Shown here: in pieces, positions 1 to 8,791 of the stretch
Layout of the letters: each line of letters starts with the position of its first letter
Numbering within the stretch: the stretch's first letter is position 1
Assembly: GCA_001192655.1 (NCBI GenBank)
Contig: BBVC01000016.1
Coordinates: 15,149 to 47,148, forward strand
Length of the DNA stretch: 32,000 nucleotides
Source: Caedimonas varicaedens
GTDB taxonomy: Bacteria > Pseudomonadota > Alphaproteobacteria > Caedimonadales > Caedimonadaceae
Reading direction: 5' to 3'
Program-made: the position numbers and the translations under genes
Notes under the pieces: generated by a model
What the model was told of the DNA's origin: nothing
Database searches by the model: none
The model's input: the letters and a program-made list of their open reading frames with translations, nothing else

Positions 1-469
1 ATTCTTTTCTAAAAAAAGGCCACTCAATTTTAAAAAAAGAAGACATCATCTGCAAGACCATGGCAAACATAAGACCCGTAGCCGCAGGGTTGACCCCTCC
101 TAATATATCTCGTAAGAGGGACTCGTTTTTAAAAACAGTGTAAAGGTGGGCAAACCCAATCACAATCAGCATAGGCAACGCCATTAAACCTGAGACTGCA
201 AAAAAAGCGCCCCTTACTTTATGATAACGAGATCCTATAATGACAGCCATATTAAGAACATTAGGGCCTGGCAATAGTTGACATAAGGCAAGAACCTCAA
301 AAAAATCCTCTGACGTCAACCACTTTCGACGAACAACAAGGATGCGATGCGCCACAGGAAGAGCCCCCCCAAAAGCAGAGAGAGACAAGGAAAGAAAGCC
401 CATAAAAAGCTCTCGAGTTGACGGGATGATCGTTGCGCTATCCTGAATCGATTCTAATTCTTTTTTCAT
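1..469 (-). CDS. chromate transporter (CHR/ChrA family) protein, N-terminal part; the gene runs off the left edge
   Basis: My own minus-strand translation from ATG (469..467) stays open to base 1: [82 protein letters not shown]... The FGG-x-P, RRKW and Q-LPGPN pattern is typical of the CHR family. It is absent from the ORF track because there is no stop in the window. Confidence 0.6.
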   Translation of the reverse strand, partial: MKKELESIQDSATIIPSTRELFMGFLSLSLSAFGGALPVAHRILVVRRKWLTSEDFFEVLALCQLLPGPNVLNMAVIIGSRYHKVRGAFFAVSGLMALPMLIVIGFAHLYTVFKNESLLRDILGGVNPAATGLMFAMVLQMMSSFFKIEWPFFRKE

Positions 470-530
470 AAGACAATTCTGCCAGAATCATTGTCCTTTG
501 TTAATTTATAATTTGCGTTTAAAATGAGCT

Positions 531-1268
531 ATGCCTCGCAAACTTGCACGCCTTTTTGTTGAATCAGAACTTTTTCAGGGACAAAGACTGTCTTTAGACC
601 TGAGAGAATCTCATTATCTGGGAAATGTATTGAGATTGACCTCTGGTGACGCTTTTCTTATCTTCAATGGACGTGATGGAGAATGGGTCGCTGAGGTCGC
701 CCAGACGACAAAGAAACAAACGAATGTTAACGTCAAAGAACTTGTGCGTTCCCAAAAAGATGATTTTCCTGTTGCTCTTTTGTTTTCACCTCTTAAAGCA
801 GGCCCTCTTGGTTTTCTTATGGAAAAAGCAACAGAGTTGGGCGTTACAGACTTTTATCCTCTGTGGACAACGAGAACACAGGGACGAGATTTCAGACATG
901 AGAGATATCTTTCTATTATACGAGAAGCGTCTGAACAATCAGAGCGCATGAGTGTTCCTTTTCTTCATAAACCTTTATTTCTGGACAAACTTCTGACACA
1001 ATGGGATCGAGAAAAAGAGCTTTTGATATGCGATGAGCGCCCGGGAGGGCAAAATTTATTTGATCTTCTTCAGGGAGAGAATGTCATGAATTCTGTTGTG
1101 ATTGGTCCGGAAGGTGGTTTCTCACCAGAAGAATTCGAGTTTCTGGATCGTCTTCCCAACGCCATTTTTGTTTCTTTGGGACAAAATGTGCTTAGGGCTG
1201 AAACGGCTGCCCTCAGTGCCCTTTCCCTGCTTCACAGTAAAATTTCATGGATGCAGGGATTATCATAA
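531..1268 (+). CDS. rsmE: 16S rRNA (uracil1498-N3)-methyltransferase RsmE
   Basis: 245-aa ORF. N-terminal RLF...H.. NVLRL..GD..LIFNG and C-terminal VIGPEGGFS.EE plus LG..VLRAETA motifs are typical of RsmE. Confidence 0.85.
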   Translation: MPRKLARLFVESELFQGQRLSLDLRESHYLGNVLRLTSGDAFLIFNGRDGEWVAEVAQTTKKQTNVNVKELVRSQKDDFPVALLFSPLKAGPLGFLMEKATELGVTDFYPLWTTRTQGRDFRHERYLSIIREASEQSERMSVPFLHKPLFLDKLLTQWDREKELLICDERPGGQNLFDLLQGENVMNSVVIGPEGGFSPEEFEFLDRLPNAIFVSLGQNVLRAETAALSALSLLHSKISWMQGLS

Positions 1269-3442
1269 TGAAAGCTTGTGGCGTACGAATTCTGGCCTTA
1301 TTTTTTCTGGTCATGTGTCAGGTCAATTTTATTCAGGCACCTGCTTCTTCTGACTATGAAATAATGCCTACTCCTGAAGCCCCACCTGCCAGTCGAAAGC
1401 TTGATAAATCTCAGCGGGATGCCCTGAAAACTCTTATAAAGAATCTTGAAAGCAAACAGGAACGCCAGCTTTTAATCAATGATCTGCGGACTCTTGCCAA
1501 AGCTGAAGACCAATTGGCGCAGGATCGCCCATCTAGCGGGCTTGGACTTTCTACTATTTCAAATGGTCTCCATTCAATGACATCCAAAATCATCGAGTTT
1601 TTTGATGAAGTTCAACACGCATTGGAACGTCTTTCAAAATACATGAAAAATGAGGAATTGAGGTCTTCTATCCTGACAACAGGTTATTGGATTTTGGGAA
1701 TTATTATTACAGCCATAGGCATCGATATTGGCTTGAAGTCTCTTCATATGCCCCTCAGACACCTCTTTGTCATGAACGCCCGAAAGGAACACCTGAGTCA
1801 TAAACGGCTCATAATCAATGTGGGGATTTTTGAATCGCTCATTATCGTATGTCTATTTGTTATCATGCTGACAGGACTCTCGTTTGTTGATTCTGCATCC
1901 ACGCCTGGACTTATTCTGGAACTAACAATTGTGAATTTGGTCTTCTACCTGGTTGTCCTTCACGTCTTGAGAACTCTTTTTTATTATAAACAAAAATTGG
2001 TTACTGTTTTCTATTTAAACAAGGATACTGGAAAACTTATTTATCGTTTCCTACGCTTTATAACAGCGATCACAATCCTGGGCATGAGCATGGGAGAAAC
2101 TGTCACAATGATCGATGGTTCGCCTGTCTTTTATGCGGCCATTATCAAGACAATGCTTCTCATACAGTGCATTGTTGCATCTATTTTTGTCGTGAGAGTC
2201 AAGGATCGTGTACGACTTTGGCTTCTTTCTGAAAACGAAGACAAGGAAGAAACAGGGCTTTCTTCAAAAGCTGCAAAAACCTGGCATGTATGGGTTCTGG
2301 TTTACCTCTTTGTTTTTGGATTAACGATTTACTTTCAAACCATTAATAATATGAAAGAAGTTGTTGTTTCATTTGGCGCGACTGCTTTTTTGGTTGCGAT
2401 CGCCTATTTGCTAGTGCTGAAAATGCCTGTCATGAGTTATGGCATGATGGACAAGGTTGTCACCTCATTTCCTCATATGGCCTCACGCCATCGATTTTAC
2501 GGTATTTTTACTTCTCTTATTCTTGGTGTTTTCATTATTATTACAGCCTTATACGGCGCATTCAAAATTTGGGATCTTGAAACTGTTGATTTCTTGTTTT
2601 CCGACGGAGTTAAACCCGTTTTTACAACACTTCTTAATATATTTTTCATCGCCGTTATTGGTGTTTTTGTATGGGAGGCGAACGAGTATCTGATTCAACA
2701 GATCTTTAAAAATGAAGTTATGGCTCATAAAAATCGCGCCCGTCGTCAACGTCTTGCTACGATGATGCCTCTCGTCCAGATTATTGCACGGGGATTTATT
2801 TTAGGAATTTTTGTCATTATGGCTTTCTCAGAACTCAAGCTGGATGTAACGCCCTTATTGGCAGGTCTTGGTGTAATTGGTATCGCCTTCAGCTTTGGCA
2901 GCCAATCCCTTGTCAAGGACTTTATTACAGGTATTTTTATTCTTATTGAAGATACAATGAATGTAGGAGATATCGTCCAGATTGATACGCAAAAAGGAAC
3001 AGTAGAAACTCTCTCTTTAAGAACTGTTAAACTGAGAGATACAGCCGGAGACCTTCACACAATTCCCTTCAGCACTATTAATCGTGTGACCAATATGACA
3101 AAAAATTTCAGCTATTATGTTGTTGAACTTCTTTTGCCTTTTGAACAGGATATGGAGCCCGTCATTGAAGCGATTAAGGAAGTTGGCCAGCAGATTCATG
3201 AAGATGCAGACTTTAAGAATTATATTCTCGGTGATGTAGAGATTATGGGGTTGGATCGCTTTGCCGACTATGGAGTGGTGATGATGGCACGCATCAAAAC
3301 GGTTCCCGATAAGCATCGTTGGGTCGTAGGACGAGAATTTAACCTGCGCATTCAAAAACTTTTTAACGAACGAAATATCGAATTTTCAACAACTACCCAG
3401 AAAATATTTTTGACCAGTGAATCAGAAAAACAAGCTTCCTGA
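1268..3442 (+). CDS. MscS-family mechanosensitive channel (large MscK/MscM-like form with signal peptide and multi-TM N-domain)
   Basis: ORF 1247..3442. The likely start is ATG 1268, overlapping the rsmE stop as TAATG, giving MKACGVRILALFFLVMCQVNFIQAPA (signal-like). The C-terminal MscS core is GSQSLVKDFITGIFILIEDTMNVGDIVQID..GTVE.LSLRTVKLRD..G..HTIPFS. Confidence 0.85.
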   Translation: MKACGVRILALFFLVMCQVNFIQAPASSDYEIMPTPEAPPASRKLDKSQRDALKTLIKNLESKQERQLLINDLRTLAKAEDQLAQDRPSSGLGLSTISNGLHSMTSKIIEFFDEVQHALERLSKYMKNEELRSSILTTGYWILGIIITAIGIDIGLKSLHMPLRHLFVMNARKEHLSHKRLIINVGIFESLIIVCLFVIMLTGLSFVDSASTPGLILELTIVNLVFYLVVLHVLRTLFYYKQKLVTVFYLNKDTGKLIYRFLRFITAITILGMSMGETVTMIDGSPVFYAAIIKTMLLIQCIVASIFVVRVKDRVRLWLLSENEDKEETGLSSKAAKTWHVWVLVYLFVFGLTIYFQTINNMKEVVVSFGATAFLVAIAYLLVLKMPVMSYGMMDKVVTSFPHMASRHRFYGIFTSLILGVFIIITALYGAFKIWDLETVDFLFSDGVKPVFTTLLNIFFIAVIGVFVWEANEYLIQQIFKNEVMAHKNRARRQRLATMMPLVQIIARGFILGIFVIMAFSELKLDVTPLLAGLGVIGIAFSFGSQSLVKDFITGIFILIEDTMNVGDIVQIDTQKGTVETLSLRTVKLRDTAGDLHTIPFSTINRVTNMTKNFSYYVVELLLPFEQDMEPVIEAIKEVGQQIHEDADFKNYILGDVEIMGLDRFADYGVVMMARIKTVPDKHRWVVGREFNLRIQKLFNERNIEFSTTTQKIFLTSESEKQAS

Positions 3443-3614
3443 AAAACAATAAAAGAGCTGAGTATATAATAGTGTAGGGTTGCTTCTTTCTAATGCCCTG
3501 CCTTCAAATTACGATAGGCATATTGGGCAAAAGCCAAAATGATAAATCTTGGAGAAGACTCATCAAAATGATAAGGTGGGCGATATTATTTTGAAATTGG
3601 GAGAATAAAACCTC

Positions 3615-4058
3615 ATGAGCAACCATTATTTGCACGTCAGTTGGCTGGATTTTCACCGCGATACACGAAGGCTTGCTGAACATTTTAAAGACCCCGAGCA
3701 ATGGAAAGGAATCATTGCTATTACGCGAGGCGGACTTGTCCCTGCTGCTATTATGGCCCGTGAACTCAATATTCGCTTTATTGATACAATTTGTATCTCA
3801 AGTTACGACAATAATGAATCTCAGGCTGACTTACAAATTTTAAAGACCCTTAACGGAGAGAATAAGGAAGAAGGAAAGGGTTTAATTGTCCTGGATGATT
3901 TGGTAGACAGCGGCCGTACTTTGCGCACTGTACGAACGATGCTGCCAAAAGCCCATTATGCCGCGGTTTATGCAAAACCTAAGGGAAAAGACATACTCGA
4001 CACGTTTGGGATTGAAGTAGAACAAAGTACCTGGCTTGTTTTTCCCTGGGAAGAATAG
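3615..4058 (+). CDS. gpt: xanthine-guanine phosphoribosyltransferase
   Basis: 147 aa, collinear with E. coli Gpt: WKGIIAITRGGLVPAAIMARELNIRFIDTICISSYD, PRPP loop VLDDLVDSGRT, C-terminal TWLVFPWE. Confidence 0.9.
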   Translation: MSNHYLHVSWLDFHRDTRRLAEHFKDPEQWKGIIAITRGGLVPAAIMARELNIRFIDTICISSYDNNESQADLQILKTLNGENKEEGKGLIVLDDLVDSGRTLRTVRTMLPKAHYAAVYAKPKGKDILDTFGIEVEQSTWLVFPWEE

Positions 4059-4121
4059 ACGTTTTTCCTCGCAAGACGACAATAATCCCCAAGATTTTCT
4101 AAGTAAAACACGATCAAGGAA

Positions 4122-4149
4122 TTCACAATCATTTGATGGTCAATATAAT
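4122..4149 (+). promoter_or_regulatory. candidate sigma70-type promoter (TTCACA-N16-TATAAT) upstream of the 4226 ORF
   Basis: TTCACA at 4122..4127, a 16-nt spacer, and TATAAT at 4144..4149. AT-rich DNA yields such matches by chance. Confidence 0.3.
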
Positions 4150-4225
4150 AATAACTTGTAATACAAGGTGAATTTTTTTATGCTTTGAATGTTATTATCT
4201 TTAATAAAAATACAGGGAAAACATC

Positions 4226-5065
4226 ATGAAGCAGCTTCAAAAAAACATGTTCAACATTGTACTATACAGCAGTATTTTTATAGGTGGATACCAAAACGCC
4301 TCTGCTATCCACCCTCTGGCAGAACGGGTTGTTGAAATAATTAATAAAGATGGACAGTCTGCTCTTTGTAAAAAAGGGGGGATTTTTCGCGAAAGGGTTG
4401 GTCTCACTATAGGAAAAAATTGCGATAATCACGACTTTGCTGAATTTGCTGTTACAGCGTGCGGCAGAAACAGGGATTTTGATCAGTCTGAATGTTATAA
4501 CATCATCGCAAAAAACATTGGAGGAGCAGGTATACTTGGCGCACCATCTGCTGTTGAACAAAGCATTAAAGTGAAACATGCAAACACCTATGCCATGGTA
4601 TGTACAACCAAACGTGAAAACTTGGAAGGCATCCTCAAAGCGATTGCCGATAGAAGTTGTTCCGCTTCCACGGTTCCTGCACTGACCATGGCTCAGAAAC
4701 AACAGCTAAAGTCTATCATTCAAAAAGATCTCCAAACTGTGGAAGCCATCAAGTTATGGGTCTCAGTAAAGCCTATTTCAGAACGGGGAAAATTAACAAT
4801 TGGGGCACAAAAAGGTAATGCAATAAAAGCGCCTGCTCCTACAAACCCTTCTCAAATAAAGACATTGCTGCAAACTGCTGATGATTTAAGCAAGTCCCTG
4901 AGAAAATTGAACGCAGCGCTTGATACATCGCAAGCTCCGTCTATGACCTCAAGCAATATTACAAAATTAAATGACTTTTCTACGCAAATAACCGAAACGA
5001 CTTCTAGTGAGGATATGATGAAAAAATTAACAGCGATGGAAGACTTTTTGAATGCTATGGATTAA
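4226..5065 (+). CDS. hypothetical secreted protein (signal peptide, six-Cys N-domain, polar C-terminal tail)
   Basis: 279-aa ORF. N-terminus MKQLQKNMFNIVLYSSIFIGGYQNASA/IHP looks like a Sec signal with an A-x-A site. Six Cys lie in residues ~48-145. I recognise no family. Confidence 0.6.
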   Translation: MKQLQKNMFNIVLYSSIFIGGYQNASAIHPLAERVVEIINKDGQSALCKKGGIFRERVGLTIGKNCDNHDFAEFAVTACGRNRDFDQSECYNIIAKNIGGAGILGAPSAVEQSIKVKHANTYAMVCTTKRENLEGILKAIADRSCSASTVPALTMAQKQQLKSIIQKDLQTVEAIKLWVSVKPISERGKLTIGAQKGNAIKAPAPTNPSQIKTLLQTADDLSKSLRKLNAALDTSQAPSMTSSNITKLNDFSTQITETTSSEDMMKKLTAMEDFLNAMD

Positions 5066-5142
5066 TCATCCTTAAAGTCGAACATATAGCTAAAAACCTT
5101 TAAAATGGTTATATTATGGATAATTTTTAAGAGGATTATTCC

Positions 5143-5340
5143 ATGACCTATTCATTAGATTTTAGACTTCGTGTTTTATCTGTAAAAAAGAAGAAAAATT
5201 TGAGTTTTGCTGAAACGGCGGATCTCTTTGGTGTTGGAGTGACCAGTCTCGTCGGATGGGTCAAGAAGCCTGAGCCTCAGACACATCGTCATAAACCAGC
5301 CACTAAGCTTAATATGGATGCCCTTAAAGAAGATATATAG
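5143..5340 (+). pseudogene. copy A transposase, N-terminal 65 codons, truncated by insertion of copy B
   Basis: MTYSLDFRLRVLSVKKKKNLSFAETADLFGVGVTSLVGWVKK...ALKEDI, then a stop supplied by the TAG of the inserted IS end (5338..5340). Confidence 0.85.
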
Positions 5341-5359
5341 CTAACAACATATAAAACGG

Positions 5360-6185
5360 TCATATTTTATTATCCTGAAATAATTGCTCGATAGAACACC
5401 TTTTTTTGCGTCTAATTGCTTTTGCTTGTGCCCATTTATGCTCGATGGGATTAAAGTCTGGAGAATAAGGAGGCAGATACAGCACGATATGCCCTGCCTC
5501 AGCAATTGCTTTTTGCATCGCTTTTCCCTTATGAAAGGTGGCATTATCCAAAATAAGGACGCTTTTAGGAGGCAGTTTCGGAAGTAAATCGTCAATGATC
5601 CATTGTGTAAACACCTCGGTATTAATCGAGAAGCAGAACAAGCTCACGGTCAATAGCAGACCTTGGAATAAGGCGCCGATGACATTCGTTCGTCCCTTTG
5701 CTCCCCAATCATGAATCCCCTCACATCTCTTTCCTTTTGGAGAATAACCATGAGTGCGTGGCATATGGTGTGCAAATCCAGATTCATCAAGAGAAATGAT
5801 AGGATGCCCTGCTTCTTCATAAGCTTTCAGCTCTTGACAAAAAGTAGCACGCTTTTCTGGATCGGCCTTGGGATGTTTGAGCGTTTTTTTTATAGGTCAC
5901 ATTCAAGCGTTTTAAAGCGTGCCATATCCCCATAGAGCTCACACCAAGACGTTCTGCTCTCTCGTACTGATAAGCATCAGGATAAAGCTGTATATCTTCT
6001 TTAAGGGCATCCATATTAAGCTTAGTGGCTGGTTTATGACGATGTGTCTGAGGCTCAGGCTTCTTGACCCATCTGACAAGACTGGTCACTCCAACACCAA
6101 AGAGATCCGCCGTTTCAGCAAAACTCAAATTTTTCTTCTTTTTTACAGATAAAACACGAAGTCTAAAATCTAATGAATAGGTCAT
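5360..6185 (-). CDS. IS630-family DD34E transposase of copy B, encoded in two overlapping frames (orfA 6185..5817; orfB frame open from ~5896, ends 5360)
   Basis: orfA has an HTH-like N-terminus (LSFAETADLFGVGVTSLVRWVKK). Reading the +1 frame after the A8 run gives KKTLKHPKADPEKRATFCQELKAYEEAGHPIISLDESGF..., LILDNATFH, and 34 residues later NPIEHKW (a DDE triad with 34-residue spacing). A joined product would be about 273 aa. Confidence 0.8.
5884..5891 (-). promoter_or_regulatory. A8 run (T8 on + strand) at the orfA/orfB overlap of copy B; candidate recoding or transcriptional-slippage site
   Basis: The run sits where the orfB frame opens. A +1 (or -2) shift is needed to join the frames. Confidence 0.4.
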
Positions 6186-6243
6186 GGAATAATCCTCTTA
6201 AAAATTATCCATAATATAACCATTTTAAAGGTTTTTAGCTATA

Positions 6244-6874
6244 CAGCTTTATCCTGATGCTTATCAGTACGAGAGAGCAGAACGTCTTGGTGTGAGCTCT
6301 ATGGGGATATGGCACGCTTTAAAACGCTTGAATGTGACCTATAAAAAAAACGCTCAAACATCCCAAGGCCGATCCAGAAAAGCGTGCTACTTTTTGTCAA
6401 GAGCTGAAAGCTTATGAAGAAGCAGGGCATCCTATCATTTCTCTTGATGAATCTGGATTTGCACACCATATGCCACGCACTCATGGTTATTCTCCAAAAG
6501 GAAAGAGATGTGAGGGGATTCATGATTGGGGAGCAAAGGGACGAACGAATGTCATCGGCGCCTTATTCCAAGGTCTGCTATTGACCGTGAGCTTGTTCTG
6601 CTTCTCGATTAATACCGAGGTGTTTACACAATGGATCATTGACGATTTACTTCCGAAACTGCCTCCTAAAAGCGTCCTTATTTTGGATAATGCCACCTTT
6701 CATAAGGGAAAAGCGATGCAAAAAGCAATTGCTGAGGCAGGGCATATCGTGCTGTATCTGCCTCCTTATTCTCCAGACTTTAATCCCATCGAGCATAAAT
6801 GGGCACAAGCAAAAGCAATTAGACGCAAAAAAAGGTGTTCTATCGAGCAATTATTTCAGGATAATAAAATATGA
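6244..6874 (+). pseudogene. copy A transposase, remainder (orfA continuation 6244..6417 and orfB to 6874)
   Basis: It resumes in frame with QLYPDAYQYERAERLGVSSMGIWHALKRLNVTYKK... The orfB ORF 6470..6874 is identical in protein to copy B's. Confidence 0.8.
6343..6350 (+). promoter_or_regulatory. A8 run at the orfA/orfB overlap of copy A; same candidate slippage site
   Basis: The 0 frame reads TAT AAA AAA AAC. The orfB frame opens after TGA 6335..6337 and reads ..AAA AAA ACG CTC AAA (KKTLK). Confidence 0.4.
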
Positions 6875-7136
6875 CCGTTTTATATGTTGTTAGCTATAGT
6901 TACAATTAAAGGCTTCTCTCAAGGAAATTTAAGAGGAGCATTTTTCATATTATTGGAACAAAACAGACTTCCTCCATTTATACCCAACTCTCTAAAAACA
7001 AGGACTTACTTTAAGAGTTTCCTGCAATAGAATGAGAAATTTTAGCTACCGTCATAGGCAGGCTAACAACCATTCTTAAAAGATACCGAATTCTCCAGAT
7101 GAGAGCTTATAATATAATGGTTTGTAAGAAAGAGGT

Positions 7137-7213
7137 TGGCGCGCCCGAGAAGATTCGAACTCCTAGCCTTCTGATCCGTAGTCAGATGCTCTATCCAATT
7201 GAGCTAAGGGCGC
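7137..7213 (-). tRNA. tRNA-Arg (anticodon ACG), 77 nt with encoded CCA
   Basis: The reverse complement GCGCCCTTAGCTCAATTGGATAGAGCATCTGACTACGGATCAGAAGGCTAGGAGTTCGAATCTTCTCGGGCGCGCCA folds as a cloverleaf: D stem GCTC/GAGC, anticodon stem TCTGA/TCAGA with loop CTACGGA, T loop TTCGAAT. Acceptor position 7:66 is a T:C mismatch. Confidence 0.9.
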
Positions 7214-7385
7214 TTTTCTCTAGAAACTTCACCTTGGGATTACTAACGAATTTATGTCTTAAGTTCAAGCAAAAAATAAAAATTTTATCCCAGCTCAATC
7301 CTCACAAATCAAGGGGACTGAATAAAAGGTTTCTAAAGAGCATCCAATGAGGAGCGAACGAGATTGCCCCTCTTCTCTCTTCTTC

Positions 7386-8648
7386 CTAATTCATCCAGAA
7401 CAAAAGTCCCATAATTGTCCCACTTAAACAGCTTGCAATTGTCCCGGCAATCAAAGCCCGGAATCCAAGAGAAATGATTTCCGCACGACGTTCCGGTACC
7501 ATTGTACCCAATCCACCAATTTGAATGCCTATGCTGCTTAAATTTGCAAAGCCACACAATGCATAAGTCATGATCAGATTCGTATGGGGACTCAAGGCTG
7601 ACTTTAAATTGGAAAGATCAATAAAAGCCACAACTTCATTCAAAATAGTTTTTGTTCCAAGGAGATTTCCTGCTGCCTTCGCTTCTTCCCATGGAATTCC
7701 CATAAGCCAGGTCACAGGTGCCATAAAAAATCCCAAAAGACGCTGTAAGGTAACGGCTTCATTATTAAAATCAGGGAATGTACCCAGGATATAATTTGCA
7801 ATCGCCACAAGAGCAAGAGCAACGATTAACATCGCAATAATGTTTAGGAATAATTTCATGCCATCGCTCGCCCCCTGAGAAACAGCATCCATCGCTCCTG
7901 AAAAGTGATAGGGGAGAACCAATTCTCCGGAAGTATCTTCTCCTGTCTGGGGAATCATAATACGGGAAATCGTAATGGCTGCGGGAATACTGATAATAGA
8001 AGCGGTTAAAATATGAGAGATGGGATTTTGGATCGTATTTTCAAGAATTTGCCCATAAAGGATCATGATCGACGCTGAGGTCGTTGCCATCCCTGCCGTC
8101 ATCACAGTAAATAATTCACTACGGGTAAATTGGGACAGATAAGGTCTAATCAGCAAGGGAGCTTCTGTTTGACCCAAAAAAACCTTGGCAGCAGCACAAA
8201 CACCTAATGCACCACCAATGTTCAGTGTTTTGCGTAAAGCCCAGGAAAAGCCACGTACAATAATTGGAAGAATTCTCCAATGAAACAACAGCATTGAAAT
8301 TGCACTGACTACCATCACCATGGGAAGAGGTTGAAAAGCAAAAATAAAGGGACTGGCTCCTTCTTTCATTAAAAAGGGAACGTCCCCTCCCCCCAGATAC
8401 CCAAAAACAAATTTCGTTCCCTCGCATGTGGCACATTTTAATTTATTAATGCCTTCGCTGACCCACAAAAAACTACTTTGTACAAACGCAATTTTTGTAA
8501 TCACAACAGCTAAAAATATCTGAACGGCAAGACCAAGAACAACGAATTTATAATCAATTCTTCGGCGATTTTCACTAAGCGCTACTGGAAATATAAAAAA
8601 AACAAGAATCCCCAAACAAGCCTGAAAAATTAACGGACTCTCTAGCAT
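7386..8648 (-). CDS. nupC: NupC/CNT-family concentrative nucleoside transporter
   Basis: 420-aa polytopic protein. N-terminal SENRRRI....V..GL.VQ and C-terminal ALCGFANLSSIGIQIGG motifs are typical of NupC. Confidence 0.85.
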   Translation of the reverse strand: MLESPLIFQACLGILVFFIFPVALSENRRRIDYKFVVLGLAVQIFLAVVITKIAFVQSSFLWVSEGINKLKCATCEGTKFVFGYLGGGDVPFLMKEGASPFIFAFQPLPMVMVVSAISMLLFHWRILPIIVRGFSWALRKTLNIGGALGVCAAAKVFLGQTEAPLLIRPYLSQFTRSELFTVMTAGMATTSASIMILYGQILENTIQNPISHILTASIISIPAAITISRIMIPQTGEDTSGELVLPYHFSGAMDAVSQGASDGMKLFLNIIAMLIVALALVAIANYILGTFPDFNNEAVTLQRLLGFFMAPVTWLMGIPWEEAKAAGNLLGTKTILNEVVAFIDLSNLKSALSPHTNLIMTYALCGFANLSSIGIQIGGLGTMVPERRAEIISLGFRALIAGTIASCLSGTIMGLLFWMN

Positions 8649-8791
8649 GAACTTTTCTCCCCACTTATATGATGTAAGGTTATTATCAGGAAAACCTTAG
8701 TTATAATCCACTGAAGGAAAAGATAACTTCTCAGGTGATACCGTAAACTTCTGATAAATGCAAATAAATTACATCACCCGATAAAACCTGT

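Larger units (their letters stand above)
5338..6241 (-). mobile_element. IS630-family insertion sequence, copy B (uninterrupted 904-bp unit, inverted, nested in copy A); TA duplication at 5336-5337 and 6242-6243
   Basis: It starts with TAGCTAACAACATATAAAACGG (the right end) and finishes with ...CCATTTTAAAGGTTTTTAGCTA (the left end, reverse-complemented). Its internal ORFs are identical to copy A's except for one residue. Confidence 0.85.
5087..6896 (+). mobile_element. IS630-family insertion sequence, copy A (904-bp unit split by nested copy B); TA duplications at 5085-5086 and 6897-6898
   Basis: The left end TAGCTAAAAACCTTTAAAATGGTTATATT and the reverse complement of the right end TAGCTAACAACATATAAAACGGTCATATT form a ~29-bp imperfect terminal inverted repeat. 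5087..5337 plus 6244..6896 totals 904 bp. Confidence 0.85.

Noticed and set aside
4059-4225. I searched for a direct repeat of the tRNA-Arg 3' end (TGGCGCGCCCGAGAAGATTCGAAC) that would delimit an integrated island spanning 4.1-7.1 kb.
   Set aside because: Only AAGATT recurs (around 4091), and no integrase gene is present. An att-bounded island is not supported.
5711-5935. Mirrored 74-, 84- and 67-aa ORF pairs (5711..5935 with 6299..6523; 5341..5595 with 6639..6893; 5384..5587 with 6647..6850).
   Set aside because: They are alternative-frame or antisense reads of the duplicated IS630 transposase. They look conserved only because the IS itself is duplicated.
7043-7070. Two short matches to the IS630 terminus (TAGCTACCGTCAT and GCTAACAAC) between the IS pile-up and tRNA-Arg. 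They could be a relic terminal repeat or a MITE scar.
   Set aside because: The matches are only 6-9 nt long and need internal gaps to align. I cannot distinguish them from chance without an alignment score.
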